The position numbers and the translations under genes were made by a program. The notes below the pieces were generated by a model, which saw nothing but the letters and a program-made list of their open reading frames with translations, did no database searches and was not told where the DNA came from. Of a stretch of 64,000 nucleotides of DNA, positions 61,501 to 64,000 are shown piece by piece; position 1 is the first letter of the stretch; each line of letters starts with the position of its first letter. The stretch comes from Antechinus flavipes. Its lineage: Eukaryota. The stretch lies in contig NC_067401.1 of assembly GCF_016432865.1 (NCBI RefSeq), positions 112,344,001-112,408,000 on the forward strand, written 5' to 3'.

Positions 61501-63857
61501 AACCCAGAGAACAGGCTCCTTGCCTGGGTGCCTTCCCTCTTTGTTGGTTCGGTCTGGGATTCCTAGCCTGGGACCCTGTTTTGGTAGTTGTTCTCCCTCC
61601 CACTCCTTCACTCTCTTGGCCCTTCCCCCTGTTTGCCATTCTCTTTTTTCCTGGACCCCAAAGTTTACCCCTTCTCACCTCCTACCCCCTGCCCCAGATG
61701 ATCTTCCCACTACACTGGCAGTGCCCCTACATCCCTCTCTGCCCACTGGTGCTGGCAGATGTGCTGAGTGCACCTGTACCCTTCATCGTGGGCATCCACT
61801 CCAGCTACTTCGACCTGCATGACCCACCTGCCGATGTCATCTGCGTTGACCTTGACACCAACACACTCTTCCAGTGAGAAGGATGGTTGTTTGAGTGTGG
61901 GAGGGTGGGGAGCTGACCTGGGCTTAGTTTGGATGGATCAGGGCTCTGATAAGCAAGGCTTCTGGCCCCCTCCCAGAAAATTAGCTTCAGCCACAAAGTC
62001 GGGACCATTTTAGGAATAGGGAGGAATATGAATTTCATTCCCTTCTCTGCTGTGTGCCTCACAGGACAGAAGAAAAGAAGCTGCTCTTGCCCAGAACCCT
62101 CCCCCGCCGGCCATACAAAGTGCTGCTGAACACACTGACCACCCTCCACCAGCAGCTGGACCAGAGTGAGCATTACTGGGGACTCACCACTGTCACTGTT
62201 TGGGGATTATGGTTATGGCTTAATCTTTGGGTTATGGGAGACTTGAAAACAATGTGGAAGACTTAGGGAATCTAGAAATTATCATGGAGGAGTAAATGGA
62301 CTTAAAATTCATTTTTGTAAGGGAGAGACAAACGCTATTAGAAGAAAATGTCTAAAAGCATACACATGTGAAGGAGAGGTTCAAAGACATGGTTGGGGTA
62401 GTTGAAACTGTCATTGAGGGAATAGTTCTCTATCCTGCTACTGGAGAGGAGAGTTAATAGAAAGTGAGGCAGACACCATGTCTTCTATCTTCTTCATTGC
62501 CTTTTCTCTCAGCATACACGAGGCCTGAAGAGGAGGCATCTTTGGAGTTTCTGCTGACTGACTATGAAGCGGTGTGTGGGAGACGGGCACGGCTGGAGCG
62601 GGAAGTCCAAGGGGCCTTCCTTCGCTTTATGGCCTGCCTGCTTAAGGGCTACCGAGCCTTCCTCCGACCACTCACCCAGGCGCCCTCTGAGAGTGCTCGT
62701 GATGTGGAAAACCTCTTCTTCCTGCAGGGTAAGAGGGAGAGCTGCAAACACAGCCCCAGAGCGATGCTAGGAGAGGTGATAGGCAGAGGATAGTGGTGGC
62801 TATCCCAGTAAGGCTCTCATCACTCTCCATCTCTGAGGAGACCAAACAAATCCAAGGAGTCAGAGAGTAAACATGATCAATTTTGGGCAGAACTTTGACT
62901 GTCAGTTCTGGGGCAATGAGGAGTTAATAGGGGAGTAGAGGTGGTTAATCCTAGAATGGGGGGTAATACAGGTGGACGCATTTGGAGGAGAACCTGCCAA
63001 CGAAATGATAGGTTCACATCTTGCTAACATGTCTCTATAAAATGCTTTGCATTAAACTCATTTGAATTTCACAACATTCCTGTGAAATAAGTGATATTAT
63101 TATCTAAGCTATTTTATAGCTTAGAGGACTGAGGATCACTCAGTTGGTAAATGTTTGAAGCAGGCTTTGAACCCAGGTCTTCCTTGTGGAAAGAGTGCTG
63201 GATTTAATGTCAAGAGAATCCTCTCTAGTACGAATCCTCTCACCCACACAGGAATTGTGACTCAGGAGTTCTCTTAATCTGAGTTTCAACTCTTTTATCT
63301 AAAACCTGAGCAACTTACTTCACAGGATTGTGAGATTCAAACTAAATCACCTGTGTAAAAAAGCTTTGGAAATCTTCCAAGTGCTACATAAATGTCAGTC
63401 GTTATTTAATCAGTAAAGCATTTATTGCCTTTAAAGCCTGCTCTGTGCCACAGGCCATGGTAGACACTATGGGAGAGTGAGGAGGAGGGGAAGTGGAAGA
63501 AGGGGAAGGAAGACTACCTGGGGTCTACAGGAAGCAGTTACAGGATAATGTGGTGCTGGCTAAAGATACCAAGTCCCAAGGTAAAACCTTAGCAAGGGGA
63601 GGTCCCAGATAGACATTAGTTGGGTAGGGCCAATAGTCAGTGCCTTTTGGAAATAGTTCCCTGAAGTATGGGCGTCCCTGGGGTACCTGATCATCCTCCT
63701 TTCCTCCCCAGGCTTCCTAAAGTCTCGAGAACGCTCCAGCCACAAATTCTATGCCCAGCTACTACACACTCAGATGTTCTCACAGTTTATTGAGGAATGC
63801 TCCTTTGGCTCTTCCCGACACGCTGCCCTGGAGTTCTTTGACTCATGTGTTGATAAG
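58578..63857 (+). CDS. DENND4B: DENN domain-containing protein 4B (Rab GEF), 5' partial
   Basis: Coding exons 58578-58894, 59162-59414, 59657-59726, 60019-60188, 60269-60513, 60779-60845, 60942-61000, 61202-61346, 61698-61873, 62065-62165, 62513-62728, 63712-63857, GT-AG and in phase. [22 protein letters not shown] region, u[16 protein letters not shown], c[18 protein letters not shown] and PYIPLCP, d[17 protein letters not shown]. Continues beyond the window. Confidence 0.96.
63040..63400. mobile_element. Two MIR-like SINE fragments in opposite orientation
   Basis: Reverse MIR (tcatttgaatttcacaac..gaggactgagg..tttgaacccaggtct) followed by forward MIR (gaaagagtgctggatt..ctgagtttc..cttacttcacaggattgtgag). 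Confidence 0.6.
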
Positions 63858-64000
63858 GTAACTCTCATTGTCTCCTCTTGATGATTTCTCCTTGTGTCTA
63901 TGTCCTTGTCCCCCACCTGTGTGCTCCTGTACTTCTTAGATTCTGGTGTCCTTTTGGTTTTCCTCTGACTTAGCTCTTCTCTCACCTGCCTCAGTCGTGT

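Noticed and set aside
1-64000. tRNA-like A/B boxes, and any CRISPR-like or viral (non-retroviral EVE) sequence
   Set aside because: All A/B-box matches belong to tRNA-derived SINE heads. No regularly spaced repeat-spacer array or viral ORF was seen.

Overview
Marsupial genomic DNA (probably dasyurid, inferred from the SINE/L1 families) orthologous to the human 1q21.3 cluster. Splice-site-level models support six genes in the human order: RAB13 (+, 8 coding exons, 203 aa; exon 4 acceptor lost in a 134-N gap), JTB (+, 5 exons, 161 aa), CREB3L4 (-, 9 coding exons, 389 aa), SLC39A1/ZIP1 (+, 3 coding exons, 317 aa), CRTC2 (+, 14 exons, 692 aa, with a U12-type AT-AC intron 3) and the 5' part of DENND4B (+, 12 coding exons, running off the window). 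The first ~40 kb is dense in L1, L2, CR1, RTE, CORE-SINE/MIR and LTR-like remnants, several with readable target-site duplications. The last ~23 kb is GC-rich and nearly TE-free. I found no tRNA, rRNA, CRISPR array or new protein-coding gene, and no clearly novel system. The best leads are regulatory or structural: a GA-rich candidate mRNA-localisation element in the RAB13 3'UTR, a ~250-bp inverted pair of LTR-like elements upstream of RAB13, the CRTC2 minor intron with a possible in-frame U2 alternative, an AUG-stop in the ZIP1 leader, a strong-Kozak JTB uORF, a 50-bp intronic minisatellite, and a perfect 58-bp templated duplication in an L1 that also carries a solo LTR. Gene identities and motif calls come from recalled orthologue sequences and consensus motifs, not from database searches.
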